DNA of 64,000 bases from an uncultured Aquimarina sp. (lineage in GTDB: Bacteria; Bacteroidota; Bacteroidia; Flavobacteriales; Flavobacteriaceae): NCBI GenBank assembly GCA_947503135.1, contig CANNCQ010000002.1, forward strand, positions 8,643 to 72,642, in the 5' to 3' direction. Shown here one piece after another: positions 1 to 11,477 of the stretch. The translations under genes were made by a program, and so were the position numbers. Position 1 is the first letter of the stretch, and the number at the start of each line of letters is the position of its first letter. Below the pieces are notes generated by a model. It saw only the letters and a list, made by a program, of their open reading frames with translations. It had not been told where the DNA came from and did no database searches.

Positions 1-1317
1 TATGTGGCTAAAATGCTCAAAAACTACGTGTATTTAAATCCAGGGCTTACTATAATCTTTAATGGTGAAAAATTCTATTCTGAAAATGGGCTTAAAGACT
101 TGTTATCGGATAGTATTATTGATACAGATAGGCTTTATCCAATAATTCATTTACGAGGAGAAGATATAGAAGTAGCAATTACACATAGTAGAACGCAATA
201 CTCCGAAGAATATCATTCGTTTGTAAATGGACAAAATACCACGCAAGGAGGTACCCATTTAGCCGCTTTTAGAGAAGCTGTAGTAAAAACAATTCGAGAA
301 TACTACGGTAAAAATTACGAGGCGAGTGATATAAGAAAATCAATAGTTGCTGCAGTTAGCATTAAGGTAATGGAGCCTGTTTTTGAAAGTCAAACCAAAA
401 CAAAATTGGGGTCTACCGACATGGGAGGTGACTTACCAACGGTTCGAACTTATATAAATGATTTTGTAAAAAAATATTTAGATAATTTTCTTCATAAAAA
501 CAGTGATGTCGCCGAAGCATTACAACGCAAGATTTTGCAAGCAGAGCGCGAACGAAAAGAACTTTCTGGAATCAGAAAATTGGCGAAGGATCGTGCTAAA
601 AAAGCAAGCTTACACAATAAAAAATTACGTGATTGCCGAGTACATCTTGGCGATGCCAAAAATCCACGTAATTTAGAGAGCACCCTGTTTATAACCGAGG
701 GAGATTCTGCAAGTGGGTCCATAACCAAATCAAGAGACGTAAATACCCAAGCAGTTTTTAGCCTTAGAGGAAAGCCTTTGAATTGTTACAACATGAGCAA
801 AAAGATTGTTTATGAAAATGAAGAATTCAATTTATTACAAGCAGCGTTAAATATTGAGGAGTCTATGGAGGATCTTCGTTACAACAATATTGTAATAGCT
901 ACCGATGCCGATGTCGATGGAATGCATATTCGTTTGTTGCTAATTACCTTTTTTCTTCAGTTTTTTCCTGAGTTAATTAAAGAAGGGCATATTTATATAT
1001 TGCAAACTCCATTATTTCGTGTAAGAAATAAAAAGGAAACTATTTATTGTTATTCCGAACAAGAACGAATTGATGCGATTAATAAATTAGGAAATAAACC
1101 AGAAATTACTCGATTTAAAGGATTAGGAGAGATTTCTCCTGATGAATTTGTTCACTTTATAGGAGAAGATATTCGTTTAGATCCTTTAATGCTTGACAAG
1201 GATAAGTCGATAGAGGAGCTTTTAGAGTTTTATATGGGGAAGAATACCCCCGATAGGCAAAAATTTATTATCAATAATTTACGAGTAGAGTTAGATAAAA
1301 TAGAAGAAGCGGTATAA
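1..1317 (+). CDS. parE: DNA topoisomerase IV subunit B, 5'-truncated by window edge
   Basis: TOPRIM motifs [24 protein letters not shown] and RFKGLGE; reading frame is open to base 1; directly upstream of a ParC-like gene. Confidence 0.93.
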   Translation, partial: YVAKMLKNYVYLNPGLTIIFNGEKFYSENGLKDLLSDSIIDTDRLYPIIHLRGEDIEVAITHSRTQYSEEYHSFVNGQNTTQGGTHLAAFREAVVKTIREYYGKNYEASDIRKSIVAAVSIKVMEPVFESQTKTKLGSTDMGGDLPTVRTYINDFVKKYLDNFLHKNSDVAEALQRKILQAERERKELSGIRKLAKDRAKKASLHNKKLRDCRVHLGDAKNPRNLESTLFITEGDSASGSITKSRDVNTQAVFSLRGKPLNCYNMSKKIVYENEEFNLLQAALNIEESMEDLRYNNIVIATDADVDGMHIRLLLITFFLQFFPELIKEGHIYILQTPLFRVRNKKETIYCYSEQERIDAINKLGNKPEITRFKGLGEISPDEFVHFIGEDIRLDPLMLDKDKSIEELLEFYMGKNTPDRQKFIINNLRVELDKIEEAV

Positions 1318-1323
1318 GTTACT

Positions 1324-3945
1324 ATGGAAGAAAACTACGAAGAATTAAACCCAGAAGCTTCAGAAAACGCCATGGGCGAAGTAACCAAGAAAGTTACAGG
1401 AATGTACAAAGATTGGTTTTTAGATTATGCTTCTTATGTGATTTTGGAAAGAGCTGTACCAGCTATTGAAGATGGATTGAAACCTGTACAACGTCGTATT
1501 CTTCATTCTATGAAAGAGCTGGACGATGGTCGTTACAATAAAGTAGCCAATATTGTTGGGCATACTATGCAATATCACCCGCATGGTGATATGAGTATTT
1601 CGGATGCCATGGTACAAGTAGGACAAAAAGAGTTGCTTATCGATATGCAAGGGAACTGGGGAAATATTCTTACAGGCGATCGTGCTGCAGCATCTCGTTA
1701 CATTGAAGCCCGACTTTCTAAATTTGCACTTGATGTAGTTTTTAATCCAAAAATTACCGATTGGCAATCATCTTACGATGGTCGGAAAAAGGAGCCTATT
1801 AATTTGCCAATAATGTTTCCTTTATTATTAGCACAAGGTGCAGAGGGGATTGCCGTAGGTTTGAGTACTAAAATATTACCACATAATTTTTTGGAATTAA
1901 TAGATGCTTCTATAAAGCATTTAAAAGGAAAGAAATTTACAATATATCCTGATTTTCCTACTTCAGGAATCGCGGATGTTTCAAATTACAACGACGGATT
2001 ACGTGGTGGTAAAGTACGTGTTCGTGCTAAAATTGAACAACAAGATAAAACCCATTTAGTAATTACCGAAATCCCATTTTCAACAACGACTACGAGTCTT
2101 ATTGAATCGGTTTTAAAAGCAAACGAAAAAGGTAAAATTAAAATAAAGAAAATTGAAGACAATACCGCAGCCAAAGTTGAGATTTTAATTCATTTGCCTA
2201 GTAATGTTTCTCCTGATAAAACCATTGATGCACTGTATGCTTTCACTAATTGTGAAGTGTCAATATCACCATTAGGATGTGTTATTGAAGAAAATACCCC
2301 ACATTTTATTGGGGTTTCAGAAATGTTACGACGTAGTACAAATAATACGGTTGAACTTTTAAAATTAGAATTACAAATTCAGCTAAATGAGCTACAAGAG
2401 CAATGGCACTTTGCTTCTTTAGAACGTATTTTTATCGAAAATAGAATTTATCGTGATATTGAGGAAGTAGAAACTTGGCCTGGGGTAATCGAAGCTATTG
2501 ATAAAGGACTTCAACCTCATATTACGCATTTAAAACGGGCCATAACCGAAGAGGATATTACCCGTTTAACAGAAATACGAATTAAACGTATTTCGAAGTT
2601 CGATATTGATAAAGCGCAACAAAAAATTGATGCTTTAGAAGGTGAAATTGCAGAAAAAAAGCATCATTTAGAACATTTAATTGATTATGCGATTAGCTAT
2701 TTTGATCGATTAAAGAAAACTTACGGTAAAGGTAAAGAGCGCCAAACAGAGCTTCGATTATTTGAAGACATAGAAGCAACTAAAGTTGTAATGCGAAACA
2801 TTAAGCTTTACGTAAACAAAGCAGAAGGTTTTGTAGGAACGTCACTTAAAAAAGATGAATATGTGGCCGATTGTGCCGATATTGATGACGTTATTTGCTT
2901 TACGAAAGAAGGAAAATTAATTGTGTCTCGAGTGGGCTCTAAAACCTTTATAGGTAAAAACATTATTCACGTTGCTGTATTTAAGAAGAAAGACAAGCGT
3001 ACGGTGTATAATATGATTTATAAGGATGGAAAAGGCGGAGCTTCTTTTGTAAAACGCTTCTCAGTTACATCAATAACACGTGATAAAGAATATGACTTAA
3101 CGCAAGGCAAAAAAGGGTCTGAAGTGCTTTATTTTACAGCAAATCCCAATGGGGAAGCGGAAGTAGTTTCTATTTATTTAAGGCAAGTAGGAAGTATTAA
3201 AAAATTAAATTTCGAATTGGATTTCTCGGACTTATTAATCAAAGGGCGTGGAGTAAAAGGGAACACTGTTTCCAAATATCCAATAAAGAAAATAGATCTT
3301 AAAAAAGAGGGTGTTTCTACTTTACAGGCGCGTAAAATATGGTTTGATGACACGGTTAGAAGGATTAATGTAGATGGTAGGGGAGAACTTATAGGTGAGT
3401 TTGAAGGAGAAGACAAGCTTTTAATTATTAATCAAAAAGGGGAAGTAAAAACAATTACTCCGGAAGTAACACTTCATTTTGATAGTAATATGATTGTATT
3501 GGAAAAATGGATACCTCAAAAACCAATTTCAGCGATTCATTATGATGGTGAAAAAGAAAAGTATTATATCAAACGTTTTCTAATAGAAAATGTAAATAAA
3601 GAGGAAACGATTATAACAGATCATGAGAATTCGTTTTTGGAGTTGGTGTCCACAGATTATCTACCTCAAATTGAAATTATTTTTAATAAATTAAGAGGAA
3701 AAGATCAAAAACCAGCGCAAATAGTTAATGTAGCAGAGTTTATTTCTGTTAAGGGAATAAAGGCTGTGGGGAATCAACTAACATCGGAAAAGGTTAAACA
3801 AATTAACCTGTTAGAGCCCATTTTATATGAAGAAGAAATTGTGGAAAATGAAATAATTTCAGAAAAAGGTAGTGATTCAGAATCCTTAAACGATGAAAAT
3901 TCGATAGAAAAAGATGAAAATGATGGTCAAACAGCTTTATTTTAA
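1324..3945 (+). CDS. parC: DNA topoisomerase IV subunit A
   Basis: DGLKPVQRR, YHPHGD and AASRYIEARL (catalytic Tyr); adjacent to parE. Confidence 0.93.
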   Translation: MEENYEELNPEASENAMGEVTKKVTGMYKDWFLDYASYVILERAVPAIEDGLKPVQRRILHSMKELDDGRYNKVANIVGHTMQYHPHGDMSISDAMVQVGQKELLIDMQGNWGNILTGDRAAASRYIEARLSKFALDVVFNPKITDWQSSYDGRKKEPINLPIMFPLLLAQGAEGIAVGLSTKILPHNFLELIDASIKHLKGKKFTIYPDFPTSGIADVSNYNDGLRGGKVRVRAKIEQQDKTHLVITEIPFSTTTTSLIESVLKANEKGKIKIKKIEDNTAAKVEILIHLPSNVSPDKTIDALYAFTNCEVSISPLGCVIEENTPHFIGVSEMLRRSTNNTVELLKLELQIQLNELQEQWHFASLERIFIENRIYRDIEEVETWPGVIEAIDKGLQPHITHLKRAITEEDITRLTEIRIKRISKFDIDKAQQKIDALEGEIAEKKHHLEHLIDYAISYFDRLKKTYGKGKERQTELRLFEDIEATKVVMRNIKLYVNKAEGFVGTSLKKDEYVADCADIDDVICFTKEGKLIVSRVGSKTFIGKNIIHVAVFKKKDKRTVYNMIYKDGKGGASFVKRFSVTSITRDKEYDLTQGKKGSEVLYFTANPNGEAEVVSIYLRQVGSIKKLNFELDFSDLLIKGRGVKGNTVSKYPIKKIDLKKEGVSTLQARKIWFDDTVRRINVDGRGELIGEFEGEDKLLIINQKGEVKTITPEVTLHFDSNMIVLEKWIPQKPISAIHYDGEKEKYYIKRFLIENVNKEETIITDHENSFLELVSTDYLPQIEIIFNKLRGKDQKPAQIVNVAEFISVKGIKAVGNQLTSEKVKQINLLEPILYEEEIVENEIISEKGSDSESLNDENSIEKDENDGQTALF

Positions 3946-4021
3946 ATGAAAAATAAGGTTTTTTTATTTTTTGTATTAAAATTAACACAGTTGGTATTTA
4001 AGTTGTAACTTGTTTAACGTT

Positions 4022-5530
4022 ATGGAAACTCAAATAAAAGCATTAAATGAAGTATTGGTGTCGCAGTTAAATGCCTATTGTGTGCGTTTAGATTTGTCCT
4101 ACAATATTATAGATGCTTTTGGATGCATTGAAACTTTAGGATTTAGTAAAATAAATAAGTATTCAAATATTTTTAAATCATTACCAACTCCTATTTCCGA
4201 AAGTTTATTAGAGTCTATACAAACCAATTTAAGAACAAATGCAACAGAGAAAGTTGAGGTTACTTACGCCGATATAAATCAAAAGCAAAAGAAAGTTAAG
4301 GTTATTTCGAGTTTAGTTGATTCAGATAAAGAAGTTTATTTTTTGGTAACATTTATACCGTTGACCATTGTTGATGACGAAATCACAAAAATTAATAACG
4401 GCTACGAATCTTTTGAAGAGGCACGTCGGAAATTAGAATTTAGCGAAAATAGATATACGTCTTTTTTTGAAAATGATCCTGTAATGCATTTTAGTGTAAA
4501 TCCAGCCACTGGTTTAATAGCAGATTGCAATAAATATTCCGTTAATAAAATAGGGGTTTCGAGTAAAGAGGAAATTATAGGGAAACCGATATACACTATT
4601 TTTACAGACGACAAGTACGATCGCTGTTTATTTTTATTAGATAAATTCAAGAAAGAAGGATTTCTGGATAGCGAGGAGATGGAAATGAAAACAAAATCGG
4701 GAGGTTCAATACCTGTAATTTTGTATACCACAGCTCAGCGTGATGAAAATGGTAAAATACTTCTTAGTCGTTCTACTTTAGTAGATATTTCTGAACTAAA
4801 AAACACACAAAAAAGATTAAACCAAAAGCATATTCGTTTGGAGAATATGAATAGAGAGTTAGAGCAATTTGTATCGACTTGTTCGCACGATCTACAAGAG
4901 CCTTTGGCTACCATAAAATTTGCAAATGATTTAATAGGGAAATTATACGGTGAAAAATTAGATACTAAAGGAAAAGATTACGTTAGGTATGTTGACGAGG
5001 CCGTTGATAGATTAACAAAGCAAATACGTTCGTTACTTTCTCATATTCGTATTGGTCAAAATGCAGAGCGTATAACAATTGATACCAATCAACTTGTTGA
5101 AACGGTACTTAAAGATTTAGGTAAAAGTATATCGAGTTCAAAGGCAACAATTACCATAAAAAAAACACTACCAACAATTAAAGCGTATAGAGTTGAGTTG
5201 CGGTTACTCTTTCAAAATTTAATTTCTAATGCCATTAAATATGGTAAGGAAGGTGTAGCCCCGGAAATTGAAATAACATCGAGCAGCAATGCCAATTATA
5301 CGATATTTTCAATTAAAGATAATGGTATTGGGATTAGTGAATTGGATCAAAAAGAAATCTTTAAAATATTTAATAGAGTCAATGAACAAAGTCCGCATAA
5401 AGGTGATGGTGTTGGCTTAGCACATTGCGAAAAAATTGTTCGAATGCATGAGGGAGATATTTCTATTGATTCGAAACCAGGTAAAGGCAGTACGTTTACT
5501 TTTAAATTAAAAAAGGATTATTTATTATAA
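4022..5530 (+). CDS. Cytoplasmic PAS-domain sensor histidine kinase
   Basis: H-box SHDLQEPL, N-box NLISNAIKY, G1 DNGIGI, G2 GDGVGL; PAS-like region before the H-box; no transmembrane segment; ATG at 4022 preferred over TTG at 4010. Confidence 0.88.
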   Translation: METQIKALNEVLVSQLNAYCVRLDLSYNIIDAFGCIETLGFSKINKYSNIFKSLPTPISESLLESIQTNLRTNATEKVEVTYADINQKQKKVKVISSLVDSDKEVYFLVTFIPLTIVDDEITKINNGYESFEEARRKLEFSENRYTSFFENDPVMHFSVNPATGLIADCNKYSVNKIGVSSKEEIIGKPIYTIFTDDKYDRCLFLLDKFKKEGFLDSEEMEMKTKSGGSIPVILYTTAQRDENGKILLSRSTLVDISELKNTQKRLNQKHIRLENMNRELEQFVSTCSHDLQEPLATIKFANDLIGKLYGEKLDTKGKDYVRYVDEAVDRLTKQIRSLLSHIRIGQNAERITIDTNQLVETVLKDLGKSISSSKATITIKKTLPTIKAYRVELRLLFQNLISNAIKYGKEGVAPEIEITSSSNANYTIFSIKDNGIGISELDQKEIFKIFNRVNEQSPHKGDGVGLAHCEKIVRMHEGDISIDSKPGKGSTFTFKLKKDYLL

Positions 5531-5594
5531 TTAGATCTAAAATTATATAGATAAAATACCTTGTTTTTATTTCTTTGCAACCTAATTCTTGTAA

Positions 5595-6650
5595 ATGAAA
5601 ATTTTAGTTATTCAGCAAAAAATGATAGGCGATGTTTTGACGAGCACAATAATTTGTGAGAGTCTCAAAAAAAAACATCCTGAATCTGAAATTCATTATT
5701 TAATAAATTCCAATACAATTCCTGTAGTTCAAAATAATCCCTATATAGATTATATAGTTGAGTTTACTGATGTTTATCACAACAATAAACTTGAGTTTTA
5801 TTCTTTTTTAAAGACTATAAAAAATAAAAATTACGATTGGGTTATTGATGTTTATGGAAAAATTGAAAGTAATTTAATTACTCTTTTTTCAGGTGCAAAA
5901 AAGAAGACTTCTTATAAAAAATGGTATACCTCTTTTTTGTATACCGATTTAATAATTCGACAAAACAAAAAACAAACCAACTCTGGTTTGGCTATTGAAA
6001 ACAGATTAAGATTAGTAGTTGATGACGATCAAATTGAGAAAAATGATATTCGACCTCAGGTTTTTTTAACGAAAAAAGAAATTGATAAAGCTAAAAGTCA
6101 TTTAGAAAAAGCAGGTGTTGACTTCAATATTCCTATAGTTATGATAAGTGTTTTAGGAAGTGGAACAAACAAAACCTTACCTTTTGAGTATATGGCAAAG
6201 ACTATAGATAATGTAGTTACAACTGTAAAGTGTACGATTCTCTATAACTATATTCCACCGCAGTCTGATGATGCTAAAAAAGTTTTAAATTTTTGTGCAG
6301 ATAGCACTAAAGCACACACTAGATTTGATGTTTTTGGTAAAAGCTTAAGAGAGTTTTTAGCAATTTTATATCATTGTAAATTTTTGATAGGAAATGAAGG
6401 AGGTGCTGTAAACATGGCAAAAGCGTTACAAGTTCCTACATTTACTATATTTTCGCCATGGATTGAAAAAGAGGGATGGAATCTTTTTGAAAGCGAACAA
6501 AACGTTTCTGTACATTTAAAGGATTTTTTACCTGAGTTATACACAAAGCCTGAAAAGGGATATAAAAAGCAAGTACTAGAAATGTATGAGGAATTTACGC
6601 CCAATTTGTATGAGGTGAAATTATTAGATTTCTTAAAAAAGAATCGGTAA
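5595..6650 (+). CDS. Glycosyltransferase family 9 (LPS heptosyltransferase-like)
   Basis: MKILVIQQKMIGDVL N-terminus and GNEGGAVNMAKAL motif typical of GT9. Confidence 0.85.
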   Translation: MKILVIQQKMIGDVLTSTIICESLKKKHPESEIHYLINSNTIPVVQNNPYIDYIVEFTDVYHNNKLEFYSFLKTIKNKNYDWVIDVYGKIESNLITLFSGAKKKTSYKKWYTSFLYTDLIIRQNKKQTNSGLAIENRLRLVVDDDQIEKNDIRPQVFLTKKEIDKAKSHLEKAGVDFNIPIVMISVLGSGTNKTLPFEYMAKTIDNVVTTVKCTILYNYIPPQSDDAKKVLNFCADSTKAHTRFDVFGKSLREFLAILYHCKFLIGNEGGAVNMAKALQVPTFTIFSPWIEKEGWNLFESEQNVSVHLKDFLPELYTKPEKGYKKQVLEMYEEFTPNLYEVKLLDFLKKNR

Positions 6651-6668
6651 TTAAAATTAAAATAGGAC

Positions 6669-7439
6669 TTAGCGATTATTTTTTCTCCAAAATAAAAAGG
6701 TCTTTTTTAACCTTTTCTTTCGAAAGAATTTTTCTTGAAATTTTGATGTCTCAGCCCACATTGTGGAGAAAACCTTTTGGTAATTAACACCTGTAATTTT
6801 TGAATACTCGTCGCTCATCACACCTACCATTTCTTCTTTAGGTGTTAACCTCGAAAAGTTTTTCATACGCTCTAAAAAACTAAGCTCTTTAAAATTCATT
6901 CTATTTAAGTCGACTAAATAAAAATGATATTTATTGTTTGTTTTTTTTATAAGTGTATTACCAGGGGAGTGGTCATTGAATAAGATATTGCTTTCATGCA
7001 GACTATGTGTAAAATGTACAAATTGTCTTAAAATAGTTTCATGCTCACTATAATTGGGCTCTTCTACTAATTCTCTATAAGTTAGGTCCGCATTTATATG
7101 TTCACTAATGTAATAGCTTTCTTTGAGACCGAAGAAATTACTGTTTTCAAAATAGGCAATAGGCTGCGGAGTACCAATTTCTTTTTTTGATAGTAATTTC
7201 GCGTATTTAAAAGAACGTTCAGCTTTAGATTTTCGTATATATTTATACACAAAACTATTAAAAGCTTTCGGTACCTTGAAGGATTTTATGTTTAGTTTAG
7301 TGCCTTTAAAGTCAACTACTCTTATAGTATTTCTATTTTGATTTCCAAAAACTTCTCCAGTAGAATTAAAATTGAACAGTAACTGTTCAATTTCATCTTT
7401 ATGTTTCTGAAAATTGTTTGTTAATTTAAAAACTACCAT
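6669..7439 (-). CDS. Lipopolysaccharide kinase (Kdo/WaaP/InaA family)
   Basis: IKSFK, LHESNILFNDHSPGNTL and LVDLNRM kinase-like motifs; ATG at 7439. Confidence 0.8.
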   Translation of the reverse strand: MVVFKLTNNFQKHKDEIEQLLFNFNSTGEVFGNQNRNTIRVVDFKGTKLNIKSFKVPKAFNSFVYKYIRKSKAERSFKYAKLLSKKEIGTPQPIAYFENSNFFGLKESYYISEHINADLTYRELVEEPNYSEHETILRQFVHFTHSLHESNILFNDHSPGNTLIKKTNNKYHFYLVDLNRMNFKELSFLERMKNFSRLTPKEEMVGVMSDEYSKITGVNYQKVFSTMWAETSKFQEKFFRKKRLKKTFLFWRKNNR

Positions 7440-7485
7440 AGGTTGTATGCTAAACTTAATATTAAATTTTGAACCAATTACTAGT

Positions 7486-10173
7486 TTAGTTACTTGCAAT
7501 ATTAGGGTTCAACCATTTTTCGGCAAGACTAAGTGCTATATTTTTTCGTTCCGCAAAATCCTTTACCTGATCGTTCTTAATTTTTCCTAAACCGAAATAA
7601 CGAGCCTCTTCATTACCAAAATAATAACCTGATACGGAAGCAGCCGGCCACATCGCTATGCTTTCGGTAAGTTCCACTCCAATGCGTTCTTTTACTTGAA
7701 GTACTTCCCATATAGTTAATTTTTCTAGGTGATCCGGGCAAGCAGGATATCCTGGTGCAGGCCTAATACCTTTATAATTTTCTTTAATTAACTCTTCGTT
7801 GCTAAGGCCTTCATTGGCAGCATATCCCCAATCTTGTAAACGTATTTTTTTATGTAAAAATTCTGCGTAAGCTTCAGCAAAACGATCGGCCAATGCTTTA
7901 ATCATAATGGAATTGTAATCGTCCAAATTGTCCTGAAATTCTTTTGCTTTAGCCTCAGTACCAAAACCTGTGGTTACACAAAAGGCACCCATGTAATCTT
8001 TTTTTCCAGAGGATTTGGGGGCAATATAATCGGACAACGCAAAATTAGGTTTGCCAGCGTGCTTTTTCAATTGTTGACGTAGCGTTCTAAAGATTGCTTT
8101 TTTATCACCATCGTAAGTGATTTCAATATCATCATCATTTTCTAAAGTATTGGCCTCAAATAGTCCAAAAATAGCTTTCGCTGTAAGCCATTTTTCATCT
8201 AGAATTTGATTCAGCATTTCTTGGGCATCGGCAAAGAGTTCCGTTGCTTGTTCGCCAACAACTTTATCGGTTAAAATTGCAGGATATTTTCCGTGTAAAT
8301 CCCACGATCTAAAAAATGGTGTCCAATCTATAAAATCTACAAGTTCGCGCAAATCTTGATTTTCAATAACTTGAATTCCTAGTTTGTTAGGTTTTGTTAT
8401 TTGAGAATTTTCCCAGTCAATTTGATATTTGTTTTTTCGAGCATTTTGTAAAGAGAGGTATTCTTTTTTCTTGGTACGCTTTAAAAATTGAATTCTAAAA
8501 GCATCATAATCTGCTTTAAGGTCAGAAATGTATTTTTCTTTGGTTTCCTCTTTTAACAAATCACCAACCACAGTAACCGCCCTAGATGCATCGTTTACAT
8601 GTACCACAGATCCATCGTATTCAGGATCAATTTTAACTGCGGTATGGGCTTTACTAGTTGTAGCACCACCAATTAGTAAGGGTATTTCAAAATTTTTACG
8701 CTTCATTTCTTTAGCGATATACACCATTTCATCTAAGGAAGGCGTAATAAGCCCACTTAAACCAATAGCATCCACATTTTCCTGTATGGCAGTTTCTATA
8801 ATTTTTTCAGGAGGTACCATAACGCCTAAATCCACAATTTCGTAATTGTTACATGCTAGTACTACCGAAACAATATTTTTACCAATATCGTGTACATCGC
8901 CCTTTACGGTTGCCATTAATATTTTTCCGGCAGCTTCTTGTTTTCCTGATTTTTCAGCTTCTATAAACGGTAGTAGGTAAGCTACAGCTTTTTTCATTAC
9001 ACGAGCCGACTTCACTACTTGCGGCAGAAACATTTTTCCTTCCCCAAATAAATCACCCACCACGTTCATCCCTACCATAAGGTTATCTTCAATAACTTCG
9101 ATAGGGCGATTTTTAGTTAACCGAGCTTCTTCTACATCCTCTACTATAAATTGATCTATACCTTTAACTAAGGCACGAGTAATGCGATCCTGCAATCCGT
9201 CCTCTCTCCACGATAAGTCTGGGCCACTTTGTTTTTTTCCGTCACCTTTTACGGTTTCGGCAAAGTCAAGTAAACGTTCGGTAGCATCATCACGACGGTT
9301 TAAAATTACGTCTTCCACATACTCCAATAAATCTTTAGGGATATCATCGTAAACCTCCAACATTGTAGGATTTACAATTCCCATATTCATACCAGCTTTA
9401 ATGGCATGAAATAAAAACACGGAGTGCATAGCTTCTCTTACAGGATTGTTTCCTCTAAAAGAGAAAGAAACATTACTTACCCCACCACTAACACTACAGT
9501 GAGGTAAATTTTCACGCACCCAGCGTGTTGCTTCAATAAAATCAATGGCATTTAGCTTGTGCTCATCCATTCCTGTAGCAACAGGGAATATGTTAAGATC
9601 AAAAATAATATCTTCTGGTGCAAAGTTTACCTCATCTACCAATATGCGGTAAGATCGCTCTGCAATTTCTATTCGGCGATCGTAATTGTCCGCTTGACCC
9701 ACTTCGTCAAATGCCATTACAATTACCGCTGCCCCATAGCGTTTTATTAGCTTGGCATCTTTTACAAACTTATCTTTTCCTTCTTTTAATGAAATAGAAT
9801 TTACAACACATTTACCTTGTACTACTTGTAATCCTGCTTCAATTATTTCCCATTTGGAGCTGTCAATCATTATAGGCACGCGGGCAATATCAGGTTCGGC
9901 CATTAAAAGATTTAAATACCTAACCATGGCTTCTTTTCCATCAATCAAACCATCATCCATATTAATATCGATGATTTGTGCTCCACCTTCTACTTGGTGG
10001 CGTGCCACATCCAATGCTTCATCAAATTTTTCTTCTTTAACTAGCCTAAGGAATCGTTTAGAACCCGCTACGTTTGTACGTTCTCCTACATTAATGAAAT
10101 TCATATTTTCATTAACAATCATAGGTTCCAAACCAGATAGTTTTAGGAAGCGTTTTTCGTTTTGATTACTCAT
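7486..10173 (-). CDS. metH: B12-dependent methionine synthase, C-terminal part (pterin-binding, cap, cobalamin-binding and activation domains)
   Basis: [18 protein letters not shown] (DxHxxG cobalamin motif) and [12 protein letters not shown]. Confidence 0.95.
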   Translation of the reverse strand: MSNQNEKRFLKLSGLEPMIVNENMNFINVGERTNVAGSKRFLRLVKEEKFDEALDVARHQVEGGAQIIDINMDDGLIDGKEAMVRYLNLLMAEPDIARVPIMIDSSKWEIIEAGLQVVQGKCVVNSISLKEGKDKFVKDAKLIKRYGAAVIVMAFDEVGQADNYDRRIEIAERSYRILVDEVNFAPEDIIFDLNIFPVATGMDEHKLNAIDFIEATRWVRENLPHCSVSGGVSNVSFSFRGNNPVREAMHSVFLFHAIKAGMNMGIVNPTMLEVYDDIPKDLLEYVEDVILNRRDDATERLLDFAETVKGDGKKQSGPDLSWREDGLQDRITRALVKGIDQFIVEDVEEARLTKNRPIEVIEDNLMVGMNVVGDLFGEGKMFLPQVVKSARVMKKAVAYLLPFIEAEKSGKQEAAGKILMATVKGDVHDIGKNIVSVVLACNNYEIVDLGVMVPPEKIIETAIQENVDAIGLSGLITPSLDEMVYIAKEMKRKNFEIPLLIGGATTSKAHTAVKIDPEYDGSVVHVNDASRAVTVVGDLLKEETKEKYISDLKADYDAFRIQFLKRTKKKEYLSLQNARKNKYQIDWENSQITKPNKLGIQVIENQDLRELVDFIDWTPFFRSWDLHGKYPAILTDKVVGEQATELFADAQEMLNQILDEKWLTAKAIFGLFEANTLENDDDIEITYDGDKKAIFRTLRQQLKKHAGKPNFALSDYIAPKSSGKKDYMGAFCVTTGFGTEAKAKEFQDNLDDYNSIMIKALADRFAEAYAEFLHKKIRLQDWGYAANEGLSNEELIKENYKGIRPAPGYPACPDHLEKLTIWEVLQVKERIGVELTESIAMWPAASVSGYYFGNEEARYFGLGKIKNDQVKDFAERKNIALSLAEKWLNPNIASN

Positions 10174-10254
10174 AATTTAAAAGGGAATAGTTGCTAGGTA
10201 ATAGATTACCTAATTTAATGGTCATAATTTTTTAACAATATAGATCGTTCATAA

Positions 10255-11244
10255 TTAAACAATCCGAGGCTGATATTCAGCTGCCATATCGGCAATTGCT
10301 TTAATATGCTCTGGAGTGGTACCACAACACCCTCCAATAATATTAATTAGTTTTTTGTCTAAAAATTCTTTTATCTGAGCCGCCATTTGCTCTGGGGATT
10401 CATCGTATTCACCAAAAGCATTTGGTAGTCCGGCATTGGGGTGAGCCGATACATTGAATTCGGCATTTTTGGCTAGTACTTCCAAGTGAGGCGTAAGTTG
10501 GTTAGCACCCAAGGCACAGTTAAAACCTACACTAAGCATAGGTATGTGCGATATGGATACTAAAAAAGCTTCTGCGGTCTGGCCTGAAAGTGTTCGACCA
10601 CTAGCATCGGTAATAGTACCACTTACCATTATAGGGGTATCTATATTGCGTTCTTCATTTACTTCTTGAATAGCAAATAATGCCGCTTTTGCGTTTAAGG
10701 TATCAAATACCGTTTCTACTAATAATATATCGGCACCTCCGTCTAATAAGGCTTCTGTTTGTTGCTTGTAAGCAATGCGAAGGTCGTCAAAAGTAACGGC
10801 TCTATATCCAGGGTCATTAACATCGGGCGACATACTTGCAGTTCGGTTAGTTGGCCCTATGGAACCTGCAACAAACCTTGGCTTATCAGGGTTTTTTGCC
10901 GTGTACTCCTTGGCTACTTCCTTGGCTATTTTTGCAGACTCATAATTTAATTCATAAACCAAATCTTCCATACCATAATCTTCCATAGCAATGGTAGTGC
11001 CTGAGAAAGTATTGGTTTCCGCAATATCTGCCCCAGCTTCAAAATACAAAGCATGAATTTCTTTTATAGCCTCGGGTTGCGTAATACTAAGTAGATCATT
11101 GTTTCCCTGCAAAGGTTGTTTCCAATCTTTAAAACGTTCGCCACGATAATCTTCCTCTGTAAACTTATGACGTTGTATCATAGTTCCCATTGCACCATCA
11201 AGTATAAGAATGCGTTTTTTTAGTAAATCTTGAATTTTTGTCAT
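10255..11244 (-). CDS. metH: Methionine synthase N-terminal homocysteine-binding domain, encoded as a separate gene
   Basis: LDGAMGT, GFNCALG and [11 protein letters not shown] zinc ligands; immediately upstream of the C-terminal metH gene. Confidence 0.93.
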   Translation of the reverse strand: MTKIQDLLKKRILILDGAMGTMIQRHKFTEEDYRGERFKDWKQPLQGNNDLLSITQPEAIKEIHALYFEAGADIAETNTFSGTTIAMEDYGMEDLVYELNYESAKIAKEVAKEYTAKNPDKPRFVAGSIGPTNRTASMSPDVNDPGYRAVTFDDLRIAYKQQTEALLDGGADILLVETVFDTLNAKAALFAIQEVNEERNIDTPIMVSGTITDASGRTLSGQTAEAFLVSISHIPMLSVGFNCALGANQLTPHLEVLAKNAEFNVSAHPNAGLPNAFGEYDESPEQMAAQIKEFLDKKLINIIGGCCGTTPEHIKAIADMAAEYQPRIV

Positions 11245-11297
11245 ACTTCTATGTCGGTTTTCTTTTGTTAGAATTACTACCGATTGTTTTCGATTTG

Positions 11298-11329
11298 CAA
11301 AGGTACGCCATAGCTATTTAGCTACCAAA
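11298..11329 (-). promoter_or_regulatory. Bacteroidota housekeeping promoter for the split metH genes
   Basis: Minus strand TTTG (11329-11326), 20-nt spacer, then TACCTTTG (11305-11298); matches the -33/-7 consensus TTTG-N19-21-TAnnTTTG. Confidence 0.65.
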
Positions 11330-11477
11330 ACCCCTTATTTAAACTTGTTTTTAAAATAGATTTAAATTCAAGATATTAGATATGTATGTTACTACGATAT
11401 GCACTAAAATTATAATTATTCAAGGTAATTTAACTATTCATTTTCTTGTAAAATTGTGTAAATACAAAAAAACAAGT

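Noticed and set aside
10174..10254. Frameshifted or pseudogenised metH
   Set aside because: Both parts have clean starts, stops and all catalytic motifs, and the break falls at a domain boundary; it is a genuine split gene.
11245..11297. SAM or cobalamin riboswitch upstream of metH
   Set aside because: The leader is too short and lacks recognisable SAM-I, SAM-II or B12-box consensus sequences.
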